Origin: a virus
Taxonomy: Duplodnaviria > Caudoviricetes
Strand: one strand, 5' to 3'
IMG/VR virus record: IMGVR_UViG_3300017774_004101
Span: 1-64,000 of that record
DNA: 64,000 nucleotides
The notes under the pieces were generated by a model. The model worked only from the letters and a program-made list of their open reading frames with translations, ran no database searches and had not been told where the DNA came from. Of the stretch, positions 18,495 to 27,781 are shown one piece after another. How positions within the stretch are numbered: position 1 is the first letter of the stretch; each line of letters begins with the position of its first letter. Position numbers and translations under genes: made by a program.

Positions 18495-19178
18495 ATGATA
18501 AGAGTTTATTATCACATATATTCAATAGAAGGGGTAGAATCAATAATTGATGAACAGCTTTCTTTAATAGAAAAACATTTTGATTTTCCGTATATTTTAA
18601 ATATTGGTATCTCAATTGCAGATGATACTTCTCCAACCAATTCTATTATAAAACAATTACATACTTACAATAACGTAAAGAATATAGTAAAAGATACATA
18701 TAAAAAAGGAAACGAATTTGTTACATTAAATTTAATAGAAAAAGATAAAGAAACATTTGCAGATTCGGATTATATTTTTTATTTTCATACTAAAGGTGCA
18801 TCTAATTTAAAAAATAAAAATAAATATCCAAATGCTGTGAATTGGAGAAATTTAATGCAATATTTTAATATTGAAAGATATAAAGTTGTATTTAGAGTAT
18901 TTGATACTATGGATTTTAACACATATGGCATGGCCTTAAAAAATATATCAAATGCTATACCACGTGATATTCCATATTATCATGGTAATTTTTGGTGGAT
19001 GACTGCTGAATATGCAAAAACGATAAATATAGATAGTATTGATACATCTAAAAGATGGGAGGCTGAATTTCAATATATTCAAAAGGGTATAAATTGGAAA
19101 CCATATTCAGAATATAATAATGGTGAACCTAATTATAAAATAAATTTAAGAAAAGAAGATTATAATTCACTAATATAA
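18495..19178 (+). CDS. putative glycosyltransferase-like protein
   Basis: VYYHI, NEF.TL, FYFHTKG, WR..M.YF, YHGNFWW motifs typical of a viral GT-like family. Confidence 0.5.
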   Translation: MIRVYYHIYSIEGVESIIDEQLSLIEKHFDFPYILNIGISIADDTSPTNSIIKQLHTYNNVKNIVKDTYKKGNEFVTLNLIEKDKETFADSDYIFYFHTKGASNLKNKNKYPNAVNWRNLMQYFNIERYKVVFRVFDTMDFNTYGMALKNISNAIPRDIPYYHGNFWWMTAEYAKTINIDSIDTSKRWEAEFQYIQKGINWKPYSEYNNGEPNYKINLRKEDYNSLI

Positions 19179-19185
19179 TCAATTC

Positions 19186-19220
19186 GGTAATATATAAATA
19201 TATAAAATTACCTCTTTTTT
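19186..19220 (+). terminator. weak possible terminator ending the accessory cluster
   Basis: GGTAAT...ATTACC stem followed by TCTTTTTT. Confidence 0.35.
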
Positions 19221-19229
19221 ATATCGGAC

Positions 19230-19238
19230 ATATTTATA
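19230..19238 (+). promoter_or_regulatory. candidate phage late promoter ATATTTATA
   Basis: 22 nt upstream of ATG 19261. Confidence 0.55.
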
Positions 19239-19260
19239 GGTGTACATTTAAATACAAATT

Positions 19261-19440
19261 ATGAAACCAGAATACAAAATGAGAGCTCAAGAAAATTTAG
19301 AAGCAATTACTAAAAGAGCTAAAGTTATCGCAGAAATGTTAAAGGGTGAACGTCCTGCTAATCAAGCGGAGGCAGTTAAGTTATCAAATGAAATTGAAAA
19401 ATTAGTAGAACTAACAACAAACATCGTAGATTTATCGTAA
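19261..19440 (+). CDS. small helical hypothetical protein (59 aa)
   Basis: Own translation MKPEYKMRAQENLEAITKRAKVIAEMLKGERP...VDLS*. Confidence 0.7.
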   Translation: MKPEYKMRAQENLEAITKRAKVIAEMLKGERPANQAEAVKLSNEIEKLVELTTNIVDLS

Positions 19441-19441
19441 A

Positions 19442-20644
19442 ATGAATTGGTTAAAGTATTTAGTCGGATTATCAGCGGTAATCGTTGCCGGATGTGCTGC
19501 GTACTTTTCAGTAACGGGATTAGGTGTTTTATTTGCTGGAGCTTCACTTTCAGTAATGGTGATGGCAGGTTCATTAGAATTTGCTAAATTAGTTGCTGCT
19601 ACTTATCTAAAACAAAAGTGGGATGATATCGGTGGGTTTAACAAATGGTATCTAACAAGTGCCGTAGGTATTCTTATGTTGATTACCTCTGCAGGCATTT
19701 TTGGATATCTTTCTAATGCGTTTCAACAACAAAATTTAGGATTGCAAAAAGTAGATAGAGATATTGCAGTTTACCAAACTCAAATTACTAAGAACGACGG
19801 GGAGATAGTAAGATACACTACTCAACTAACTAACCAACAAAATATCAGAAATTCACAAGAGAGTAACTTATCTAAACAAATTGATAAGGATAAATCTACA
19901 TCTAGAGTATCTCAGATGATTAAATCTGCAGATAGGGAAATTACTTCGATATCAAAACGAATTGATGAATTAACTATAAAAAATAACGCAGCGTTAGATT
20001 CTATAAATGTTATTAAAAATAATAATATTGAATTAGAAAAAGAAGTTGGTGGGTTTCGTTTTGTGGCAGAAGCGTTTAACGTACCACTTAACTCCGTTGT
20101 TAAATTTTTTATATTCATTATCGTATTTGTATTTGACCCACTTGCAGTTGCACTTATCATTGCATTCAATGGATTGATTGGTAAAAAAAATATGTATGGT
20201 GAGAAAGAACCCTTAGTGGAAAAAAATTATCAAATATATAAAGATAGTGAAAAAAATTCTACAAAAGAAGATATTTTAAGTGGTATGGTGGAAGATAATC
20301 AACAAGCAGGATTATACGAACCTCCTTTTGAAAATCCACTAATAGATGAACCAGATGAAGATTTATTAAACCTCAAACCTGATTATACGGTCAGACCGAT
20401 TGATTATGATAGAGATGGTTCTATTGATGGATATGATACCGATGGTGATGGATTAATAAATGAAGTAACCGCACATCCAAATAGAGCTCAGATAATTAGA
20501 GATTATAAACCCTATTACGCATTTGAAGGATTTGATTGGAGTGATAAGACAAAATGGATAAATGACCAGAATGCGGTTAACTATTGGATTAGATATATAA
20601 AACCATCTCAATATCCAACCGATTTTTCAAGTAAAACTTATTAA
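19442..20644 (+). CDS. multi-TM membrane protein with coiled coil and DxDxDG motifs
   Basis: N-terminal TM helices, coiled coil, IVFVFDPLAV TM, DYDRDGSIDGYDTDGDG. Confidence 0.8.
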   Translation: MNWLKYLVGLSAVIVAGCAAYFSVTGLGVLFAGASLSVMVMAGSLEFAKLVAATYLKQKWDDIGGFNKWYLTSAVGILMLITSAGIFGYLSNAFQQQNLGLQKVDRDIAVYQTQITKNDGEIVRYTTQLTNQQNIRNSQESNLSKQIDKDKSTSRVSQMIKSADREITSISKRIDELTIKNNAALDSINVIKNNNIELEKEVGGFRFVAEAFNVPLNSVVKFFIFIIVFVFDPLAVALIIAFNGLIGKKNMYGEKEPLVEKNYQIYKDSEKNSTKEDILSGMVEDNQQAGLYEPPFENPLIDEPDEDLLNLKPDYTVRPIDYDRDGSIDGYDTDGDGLINEVTAHPNRAQIIRDYKPYYAFEGFDWSDKTKWINDQNAVNYWIRYIKPSQYPTDFSSKTY

Positions 20645-20646
20645 CA

Positions 20647-20970
20647 ATGGTAACAGTATCAGAAACCGCAGCTAAGAAACTAAGTTCACTCATTGAAGAA
20701 AGTGGATTTAAAACTCCCTTTGTTAGAGTTTCCATTAAAGGTGGTGGATGTAGTGGATTGTCATATGACCTTTCATTTGATACTGACCAACAGGCAGGAG
20801 ATAATCTTGCAGAAGATAAAGGAGTAAAAATTTTAGTAGACAATAAATCATTATTATATCTTTTCGGAACAGAATTAAATTTCTCAGACGGATTGAATGG
20901 TAAGGGATTTGAATTTATAAACCCAAATGCATCCCGTACATGTGGATGTGGAGAATCTTTCGCAGTATGA
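20647..20970 (+). CDS. iscA: A-type Fe-S carrier (IscA/HesB)
   Basis: GGGCSGLSY, NPNASRTCGCGESF. Confidence 0.95.
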   Translation: MVTVSETAAKKLSSLIEESGFKTPFVRVSIKGGGCSGLSYDLSFDTDQQAGDNLAEDKGVKILVDNKSLLYLFGTELNFSDGLNGKGFEFINPNASRTCGCGESFAV

Positions 20971-21341
20971 TAATAACAAGACCAACAAAAGTACAAAAGC
21001 CGTGGGGATATGAACTATGGGTTCATAACGATGCACAATATTGTGGTAAACTTTTAGTTTTCGCAGAAAAAGGTGACAAGTTTTCAATGCATTATCATAT
21101 GCTTAAAAACGAAACGTGGTATATACAAGATGGACAATTTGAGTTCAGATGGATTGATACTAAGATTGGTATAATAAAAAAAGAAATTCTAAACGAAGGC
21201 GATTCCGTTTATATTGAAAAGGGTACACCACATCAACTTACTTCTTTGCAAGAAAAGGGAGTTGTGTATGAGGTAAGTACGGAACACTTTGATTCGGATT
21301 CATATCGAATTTATAGAAAAACACCAAATGATTTATTATGA
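20967..21341 (+). CDS. cupin (mannose-6-phosphate isomerase-like)
   Basis: KPWGYE, SMHYH..KNETWY, PHQL, EVST; start moved to 20967. Confidence 0.85.
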   Translation: MIITRPTKVQKPWGYELWVHNDAQYCGKLLVFAEKGDKFSMHYHMLKNETWYIQDGQFEFRWIDTKIGIIKKEILNEGDSVYIEKGTPHQLTSLQEKGVVYEVSTEHFDSDSYRIYRKTPNDLL

Positions 21342-21736
21342 TAAAAGTTTGGGTAAATGGTACATTTGATATTGTTCATTTAGGACACATTCAATTATTA
21401 AAGAGGGCAGCAGAGTTAGGGGATTTCCTAGTTGTTGGGGTTGATGGTGATAAGAGGGTTACCGAATTAAAAGGAGAACAACGACCTATAAATAATATTG
21501 TAAGTAGAATCACCTTATTAGAAGCTATCAAATATGTTGATAGAGTTGTAATATTTGATTCGGATGAACAATTGGAAACCCACATTAAAACAATGAGACC
21601 GGCCATTATGGTTATTGGAGAAGAATATAGGGGTAAACGAATTGTAGGGAGTGAATATGTAGGTGAAATCGTATATTTCCCTAAGATGGAAGGCTTCAGC
21701 TCAACCCATATAATAAATAAATTATATGATAAATAA
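21338..21736 (+). CDS. cytidylyl/adenylyltransferase (HldC/RfaE domain II or TagD-like)
   Basis: NGTFDIVHLGH, LKGEQRPIN, FSSTHII. Confidence 0.9.
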   Translation: MIKVWVNGTFDIVHLGHIQLLKRAAELGDFLVVGVDGDKRVTELKGEQRPINNIVSRITLLEAIKYVDRVVIFDSDEQLETHIKTMRPAIMVIGEEYRGKRIVGSEYVGEIVYFPKMEGFSSTHIINKLYDK

Positions 21737-21768
21737 TTTGGTATTATCAGATATATTTCGTATATTTG
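21737..21768 (+). promoter_or_regulatory. Bacteroidota sigma70-type promoter (consensus)
   Basis: TTTG(21737-40)-N20-TATATTTG(21761-68). Confidence 0.8.
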
Positions 21769-21790
21769 TATAACAACAAATTGTATTAGA

Positions 21791-22684
21791 ATGATGAATT
21801 TAGGATATGCTTGTATTAATATGAGTATGGGTAAGAAAGTAACTACTAACCGAAGTATGGTTAACCGAACATTCCAAGCCAAAGGTATGGATTATGTATC
21901 CGAATTAACCTTACTCAACTCCAAAGATGTTATTAAGATTTTAGAATGGAATAGAATGAACGGAATTAAATTGTTTCGTTTATCATCCGCCATTATCCCG
22001 TGGGGCGACCATATCGATATTACTCAACTCAAAGATTATAAAGAAATTAAATCAGAACTTAAAAAGGCTGGTGATTTTGCTAAGTTTCATAATATTCGTA
22101 TTACCTCCCACCCTGGTCCATTCAATGTATTAGTTTCACCTAACGAATCAGTTGTATTAAAAACACTTGCTGATTTAGAATTGCATGGTAAGATATTCGA
22201 TATAATGGGATTATCTAAAACTCCTTACAATAAAATTAATATCCATTGTAATGGTGTTTACGGAGATAAAAAATCTGCATTGGATAGATTCATACTTAAC
22301 TTCCAAAGACTCTCTCCATCGGTTCGTAAGCGGTTAACAATAGAGAATGATGATAAGGCATCTATGTATTCAGTTAAAGACCTTATGTATGTCCATAATG
22401 CAATCGGTGTTCCTATTGTATTCGATTATCATCATCACCAATTTTGTACCGGTGATTTATCCGAAGAACAAGCACTTAAACTCGCAATCACAACTTGGCC
22501 AGCAGGAATTACACCAGTTGTACATTATTCAGAATCAAAAGCATTACACGAAAATAACCCAAAAGAAAAACCACAAGCCCATTCCCTTTATATCAATTCA
22601 TTACCTAACACATATGGTAACAATGTAGATATTATGGTAGAGGCCAAAGCAAAAGAATTAGCAATATTACCTTTTATAAAATAA
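21791..22684 (+). CDS. uvsE: UV-damage endonuclease
   Basis: LGYACIN, FRLSS, HPGPF, IENDDK, FDYHHH, HYSES, MVEAKAKE. Confidence 0.95.
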   Translation: MMNLGYACINMSMGKKVTTNRSMVNRTFQAKGMDYVSELTLLNSKDVIKILEWNRMNGIKLFRLSSAIIPWGDHIDITQLKDYKEIKSELKKAGDFAKFHNIRITSHPGPFNVLVSPNESVVLKTLADLELHGKIFDIMGLSKTPYNKINIHCNGVYGDKKSALDRFILNFQRLSPSVRKRLTIENDDKASMYSVKDLMYVHNAIGVPIVFDYHHHQFCTGDLSEEQALKLAITTWPAGITPVVHYSESKALHENNPKEKPQAHSLYINSLPNTYGNNVDIMVEAKAKELAILPFIK

Positions 22685-22685
22685 T

Positions 22686-22805
22686 ATGGAAAATCAAGGA
22701 AAAACAAAACAACAAGTTGAAGATTCAGAAAATTTCACATCAATAGCGGTAGTCGGAGGAATCGTTACACTATTGAGTATAATTTTAATTGAATTATTTT
22801 TTTAA
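22686..22805 (+). CDS. small membrane protein (39 aa)
   Basis: Own translation MENQGKTKQQVEDSENFTSIAVVGGIVTLLSIILIELFF*. Confidence 0.6.
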   Translation: MENQGKTKQQVEDSENFTSIAVVGGIVTLLSIILIELFF

Positions 22806-24191
22806 ATGAAATTAAGAGATTATCAATTAGAACCAGTTGCTATTGGTATTGAGTTTTTTAATACCCCAAAAATGGCACCATCGATTATCGTTGCACCTAC
22901 TGCATTCGGTAAGTCAATTGTTATTGCCTATATCGCAAAGGGTATTAATGAAAAGGTATTGGTAATCCAACCTTCAAAAGAATTATTAGAACAGAACTAT
23001 AATAAACTTATTAACTTAGGTGGTAAAGCATCAATCTATTCGGCATCAATGGGTGAGAAGGAGATTGGTGATATTACCTATGCAACAATTGGTTCTATCA
23101 TAAACATTGCATGGAAATTCAGAGAGTTAGGAATTACCAAAGTTATAATAGATGAGTGTGATAGATATCCAAGAGATAAGAATGGTCAACTAAGAAAGTT
23201 TATAGATGGAATGAAGGCAACTCATGTATTGGGTTTAACTGCAACTCCACTTAAACTACAAACCAATATGGGTGAGACTGGTCCATATTCTAAATTGGTA
23301 ATGTTAACGAATCGTTCTAAACACGGAACATTTTTTAAACATATCATTCACGTTTCTCAAATTGAAGAAATTGTGAAGATGGGGTTTTGGACTCCATTAG
23401 AATATCAATCTTATGATTTTGATACGGGAGCATTAGTATATAATTCATCTGGTGCTGAATATACAAATGATTCCATTGCACGTGCATATGAGAATCAAAA
23501 TTTACAAGATAAAATTGTAAAGAAAGTTAGAGAACTACAAGATAGAAAATCAATATTGATTGCAGTACCAACCATTGAACAAGCAACCCAATTAGCAGGA
23601 AAGATTCCATCTGCAGCAGTAGTGCACGGAGAAACCCCAACCGGAGAACGTAATCGAATCATTGAAGAATTTCGTAATCAAAAAATTAGAGTAATTGTTC
23701 AGGTGAATGTATTGACAGTTGGATTTGATTATCCAGAATTAGATTGTTTAATCACCGGTCGACCTACTGCATCAATTTCGTGGTGGTATCAGTTTGTGGG
23801 CAGAGGAACTCGTATTCACGATAATAAACAAAATTGTTTAGTTGTGGATTTTGTTGGTGCAGTTGATAAGTTCGGTAAAGTAGAATCTCTTTACTATAAA
23901 GAAGATGCGGATGGTATATGGGAATTGTATGGTGAAAATAAAAAGAAACTTACAGGTATCCCAATGCACGAAATTGGAATCCACTTAGAGGGTGGTATCA
24001 ATTTATCAGAACAACGAAATGAAGAGGGGGAGATACAAAAGATTTATATGACATTTGGTAAGTATGCAAACAAACCAGTAGCATCCATTCCACCCTACTA
24101 TCGTAAGTGGTTATTGGATAATATAAAATGGAATCCATATAATCAGAAAATTAAAGATGAAATTCTTCGTTTAGAAAATCTTAGGAAATAA
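22806..24191 (+). CDS. SF2 DNA helicase (RadD/YejH-like)
   Basis: LRDYQ, APTAFGKS, IIDECD, GLTATP, TVGFD, QFVGRGTR; C-terminal MTFGKY module. Confidence 0.9.
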   Translation: MKLRDYQLEPVAIGIEFFNTPKMAPSIIVAPTAFGKSIVIAYIAKGINEKVLVIQPSKELLEQNYNKLINLGGKASIYSASMGEKEIGDITYATIGSIINIAWKFRELGITKVIIDECDRYPRDKNGQLRKFIDGMKATHVLGLTATPLKLQTNMGETGPYSKLVMLTNRSKHGTFFKHIIHVSQIEEIVKMGFWTPLEYQSYDFDTGALVYNSSGAEYTNDSIARAYENQNLQDKIVKKVRELQDRKSILIAVPTIEQATQLAGKIPSAAVVHGETPTGERNRIIEEFRNQKIRVIVQVNVLTVGFDYPELDCLITGRPTASISWWYQFVGRGTRIHDNKQNCLVVDFVGAVDKFGKVESLYYKEDADGIWELYGENKKKLTGIPMHEIGIHLEGGINLSEQRNEEGEIQKIYMTFGKYANKPVASIPPYYRKWLLDNIKWNPYNQKIKDEILRLENLRK

Positions 24192-24223
24192 TTTGGTATT
24201 CTAAGATTTTTTTCGTATCTTAG
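24192..24223 (+). promoter_or_regulatory. Bacteroidota sigma70-type promoter
   Basis: TTTG(24192-95)-N20-TATCTTAG(24216-23). Confidence 0.7.
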
Positions 24224-24231
24224 CTTTTAAT

Positions 24232-24516
24232 ATGAAAAAACTATTAATAGTACTAATGTTATTGGGAGTAATAACGTTAGAAGCAAAACCAAAGTATCGA
24301 ATTGAAACTTTTGTTATCAATGGAACCCGAATGTACCAACCACAACAAAAAGTTTGGTTTAGAACAAGTATGGGTACATTGCCTTTTAAAGTATGGGTAT
24401 CGGGTGATTATCCATTTCAAAATAAATTTCAAGCAGAAGAAATTATTAAAAATTGGAAATTGGATTACCAACTAAAAAAAGAGTATAAACGTTCAGAATA
24501 TATACAAATAAAATAA
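24232..24516 (+). CDS. secreted hypothetical protein
   Basis: Signal peptide MKKLLIVLMLLGVITLEA. Confidence 0.7.
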   Translation: MKKLLIVLMLLGVITLEAKPKYRIETFVINGTRMYQPQQKVWFRTSMGTLPFKVWVSGDYPFQNKFQAEEIIKNWKLDYQLKKEYKRSEYIQIK

Positions 24517-24517
24517 T

Positions 24518-24880
24518 ATGAGAACTACAAATATATTAGCTATAATATTAGTAATAACAATTATAATAATTGCATATGGATTGAGTAGAAATTCATCGGA
24601 AAAGCAAATTACTACAATTAGTTATAATAATATAGATTCATTACAACGTACAATTGATTCATTACAACTTGAAATAAAAGTTCAAGGGGATGGGTTTGAT
24701 TATAAAGAATTAAGATATGATGAAACCATATTCAGATATGAATTAGGAATAGAACATATTAAACATTATCATAGAGAAGCATATGAAGAGTTTGTTAGAA
24801 TTTCACAATTTAAAGAACGCTATGATAGAAATACTGAAAGAGAATTTAGAGAAAGAAACAATTTAAAAACAATAAAATAA
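24518..24880 (+). CDS. membrane-anchored coiled-coil protein
   Basis: N-terminal TM; IDSLQRTIDSLQ. Confidence 0.7.
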   Translation: MRTTNILAIILVITIIIIAYGLSRNSSEKQITTISYNNIDSLQRTIDSLQLEIKVQGDGFDYKELRYDETIFRYELGIEHIKHYHREAYEEFVRISQFKERYDRNTEREFRERNNLKTIK

Positions 24881-24887
24881 ACGAAAA

Positions 24888-25160
24888 ATGGAATTAATTA
24901 TCACAAAACAAGAATTAGTAGAGAAATTACAAACTGAAGTTGTATCAGTAACATTTACAAAAGCAGATGGTACGGATAGAACAATGTTATGTACAAAACT
25001 AATTAGTAAAATCCCACAAGAGTTTCATCCTAAAACTGATAAGGTTGTTAGATTAGATGAAAGTGGAAATGTAGTTGAATCAGATTTGATTACCGTATTT
25101 GATGTAGAAAAAACAGGTTGGAGAAGTTTTAATTTTACAAAAGTAAAAGCAATTGCTTAA
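24888..25160 (+). CDS. WYL_2/SH3-fold phage protein
   Basis: VTFTKADGTDRTMLCT ... VFDVEKTGWRSF. Confidence 0.8.
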   Translation: MELIITKQELVEKLQTEVVSVTFTKADGTDRTMLCTKLISKIPQEFHPKTDKVVRLDESGNVVESDLITVFDVEKTGWRSFNFTKVKAIA

Positions 25161-26275
25161 TGAATACCTTAGATAAAAAGTATCAACAATTACTTAGTGA
25201 TATCATTGCGTTTGGGGTAGAGAAAAAAGATAGAACCGGAACTGGTACTATATCAGAATTTGGTCATCAGATACGTCATAAGATGAGTGAAGGATTTCCT
25301 TTACTTACTACAAAGAAGATGCATTGGAATTCTATTGTAACCGAACTCTTATGGTTTTTAAGAGGTAGTACTAATATCAAATTCCTATTAGATTATGATT
25401 GTCATATTTGGGATGGTGATGCTTACAAAAACTATTTAGAAGAAACCCAACATGAAGCATCTTATACAAAAGAACAATTTATCAATTTAATTAAAACTGA
25501 TAAAGCTTGGGCAAATGTGTGGGGAGATTTAGGACCAATCTATGGTAAACAATGGAGAAGTTGGAAAGGTGATACGTGGGTAGAAGGAAACACCGATGGA
25601 ACGGATGGAGTGTATCTTCAATCTGAATATGTTGACCAAATTCAAAACCTTATTACCGAACTTAAAATAAATCCCGATAGTAGAAGATTAATGGTATCTG
25701 CTTGGAATGTAGGTGAGTTAGACCAAATGGTGTTACCACCTTGTCATTATGGATTCCAAATGTATACACAAGAGTTGAGTGATGAGAGACGATATAATAT
25801 TTGGTTTAATAATAATTATGAAACAGGTATGGAAAGATTCTTTGACCCGAACAAATTACCTGATTTTGATAATTCATATTATACACCAACCCCAAAGAGG
25901 TCTATATCTTTAATGTGGAATCAAAGAAGTGTGGATACATTTTTAGGATTACCATTTAATATTGCTTCTTATGGATTGTTGTTGGAGATTATTGCAAAGG
26001 AAGTTAATATGGTGCCAGACGAACTGATTGGTAATTTAGGAGATGTTCATTTATATAAAAACCACATTGAACAAGCAAAAGAACAAATCAGTAGAACCCC
26101 ATATGATTTACCAAAGATTCAAATAACGGAAAGGAATTGGTATCAACATCAGTTGGTTAAAGAAAGATTGGGTGAAAAAACTTTAGATGAAAAACTTAAA
26201 AGTTATAGACCTGATTGTTTTGAATTAATAGGATATGAATCACATCCAAAAATTAAAGCACCCCTAAGTAATTAA
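25160..26275 (+). CDS. thyA: thymidylate synthase
   Basis: DRTGTGT, FPLLTTKK, ELLWFL, GPIYGKQWR, LPPCH, QRSVDTFLGLPFNIASY, GDVHLY. Confidence 0.97.
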   Translation: MNTLDKKYQQLLSDIIAFGVEKKDRTGTGTISEFGHQIRHKMSEGFPLLTTKKMHWNSIVTELLWFLRGSTNIKFLLDYDCHIWDGDAYKNYLEETQHEASYTKEQFINLIKTDKAWANVWGDLGPIYGKQWRSWKGDTWVEGNTDGTDGVYLQSEYVDQIQNLITELKINPDSRRLMVSAWNVGELDQMVLPPCHYGFQMYTQELSDERRYNIWFNNNYETGMERFFDPNKLPDFDNSYYTPTPKRSISLMWNQRSVDTFLGLPFNIASYGLLLEIIAKEVNMVPDELIGNLGDVHLYKNHIEQAKEQISRTPYDLPKIQITERNWYQHQLVKERLGEKTLDEKLKSYRPDCFELIGYESHPKIKAPLSN

Positions 26276-26280
26276 ATAGA

Positions 26281-26613
26281 ATGGGAAAGCAAAGGGCTAA
26301 AATAGATAAGATAATTAAAGAATGGAAAGATTGCACCACACAAGAAATATGGGAAGGTGTAAGAGATAATTTTATTTTTGGTTTTTTAGGAGCAATGTTA
26401 GTTGTATTCATTGCAACTCGAGCCGATATTGCAGTACTAATAGGGTATATAACGTATTATACCTTTATGGGTAGAATTGTAAATAGACCTAAATATGTAA
26501 CTGATTTTGGAAAATTAATAATATTCCCATTCCCATCAGCAATAGGTGCGTTTGTTGGTTATAAACTATCGTATATACTATTGGGATTGATAAATAAATT
26601 TTTTACATTTTAA
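26281..26613 (+). CDS. membrane protein
   Basis: 110 aa with about three hydrophobic segments. Confidence 0.7.
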   Translation: MGKQRAKIDKIIKEWKDCTTQEIWEGVRDNFIFGFLGAMLVVFIATRADIAVLIGYITYYTFMGRIVNRPKYVTDFGKLIIFPFPSAIGAFVGYKLSYILLGLINKFFTF

Positions 26614-26622
26614 ATTTACTAT

Positions 26623-26868
26623 ATGGCAAAGAAACCAGAACCATCCGTAAAAGATAAACCATTAAAATTTGAACACATCTATGAAGATGATGACTGTATT
26701 TCTATTTGGAAATATGATAAAACTAAATTTGCCAATGGCCCAATATCAGTTGAATTTAAATACAAACCTGCTTGGACACAACGAATGAAATTAATAGAAA
26801 CTCAAACCAAAGAGGCAAAGAAAGCAAAGACAAAAAGTAATGAAAAAACATTATCTAAATTCAAATAA
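26623..26868 (+). CDS. hypothetical protein
   Basis: 81-aa ORF in operon. Confidence 0.65.
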   Translation: MAKKPEPSVKDKPLKFEHIYEDDDCISIWKYDKTKFANGPISVEFKYKPAWTQRMKLIETQTKEAKKAKTKSNEKTLSKFK

Positions 26869-26877
26869 TGAAAAACA

Positions 26878-26909
26878 TTTGGTTTTATCAAAAAAATGTT
26901 GTATCTTTG
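26878..26909 (+). promoter_or_regulatory. Bacteroidota sigma70-type promoter (consensus)
   Basis: TTTG(26878-81)-N20-TATCTTTG(26902-09). Confidence 0.8.
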
Positions 26910-26935
26910 TAAGATAATATTTTAAAATAAATAGT

Positions 26936-27151
26936 ATGAATAAATTAACAATTGAAATTCCACTTTCTTTAATAAACGAAACACCAAACAATTATGAATT
27001 GGGTGAAAAAATTAGAAAGATAGCAAACAAATTAGTAGAACCCAAAAATGAATATGGTAAACAATTATCCATATTTCCAGAGGAGTTAGAATATACTGAT
27101 GAATATTTTAAACCAAATTATATAAATCCATATCATCCATTAAGAAAATAA
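26936..27151 (+). CDS. hypothetical protein
   Basis: 71-aa ORF after promoter; TPNNYELGEKIR. Confidence 0.65.
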   Translation: MNKLTIEIPLSLINETPNNYELGEKIRKIANKLVEPKNEYGKQLSIFPEELEYTDEYFKPNYINPYHPLRK

Positions 27152-27156
27152 TTAAA

Positions 27157-27774
27157 ATGAACATAGTAAAAGACAAATTAAAATTATCAAAATCAATTAG
27201 TGAAACTAAATTCACACCTGCTGATATAGAATCTATTTCTACAATATTAGCAAGTGGATTAGTTAAGTTCGGTGGTATTGGGTTATCCGCTAATCAATTA
27301 GGATTAGATGTTAGAGCATGTATAATTAATGTAAAAGACCCATTAGTATTAATCAATCCAAAGATTGTAGAATACTCACAGGATTCAGTTGCATATGTAG
27401 AACAATGTTTATCAATTGATAAAACAATGAAGAGTCCGGTTAAAACTATCCGTGCAAAGAAGATTACGGTCGAATGTGATAACTTAGGGACGGTTGTATT
27501 TTCACCTGATAATGAGTTGGGCGATTGGAAAGATTCGGAAGAATTTTTTAATGATTTAGGATTAATGGAATGTGTTGTTGCACAACATGAAATAGACCAC
27601 TTAAATGGAATTCTAATTACAAATCCAAATCGTAGATATTCAACAACTTATATTGCACCAAAAACTTATGGTAGAAATGAGATGGTGATGGTTCAATTAA
27701 AAGATGGTACTACTGAATTTGTGAAATATAAAAAAGCACAAAGTTTAATTGAACAAGGAGGAAAAATCCTATAA
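27157..27774 (+). CDS. def: peptide deformylase with C-terminal extension
   Basis: GIGLSANQLG, EQCLS, QHEIDHLNG. Confidence 0.93.
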   Translation: MNIVKDKLKLSKSISETKFTPADIESISTILASGLVKFGGIGLSANQLGLDVRACIINVKDPLVLINPKIVEYSQDSVAYVEQCLSIDKTMKSPVKTIRAKKITVECDNLGTVVFSPDNELGDWKDSEEFFNDLGLMECVVAQHEIDHLNGILITNPNRRYSTTYIAPKTYGRNEMVMVQLKDGTTEFVKYKKAQSLIEQGGKIL

Positions 27775-27781
27775 GTAAATT

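Noticed and set aside
19193-19201. TATAAATAT as a T4-type late promoter or an antisense promoter into the cluster
   Set aside because: Lies in an AT-only hairpin loop, single instance, no minus-strand gene downstream; likely chance
25160-26275. Intron or intein in thyA
   Set aside because: ORF is continuous with all motifs; insertions are short and lack splicing motifs
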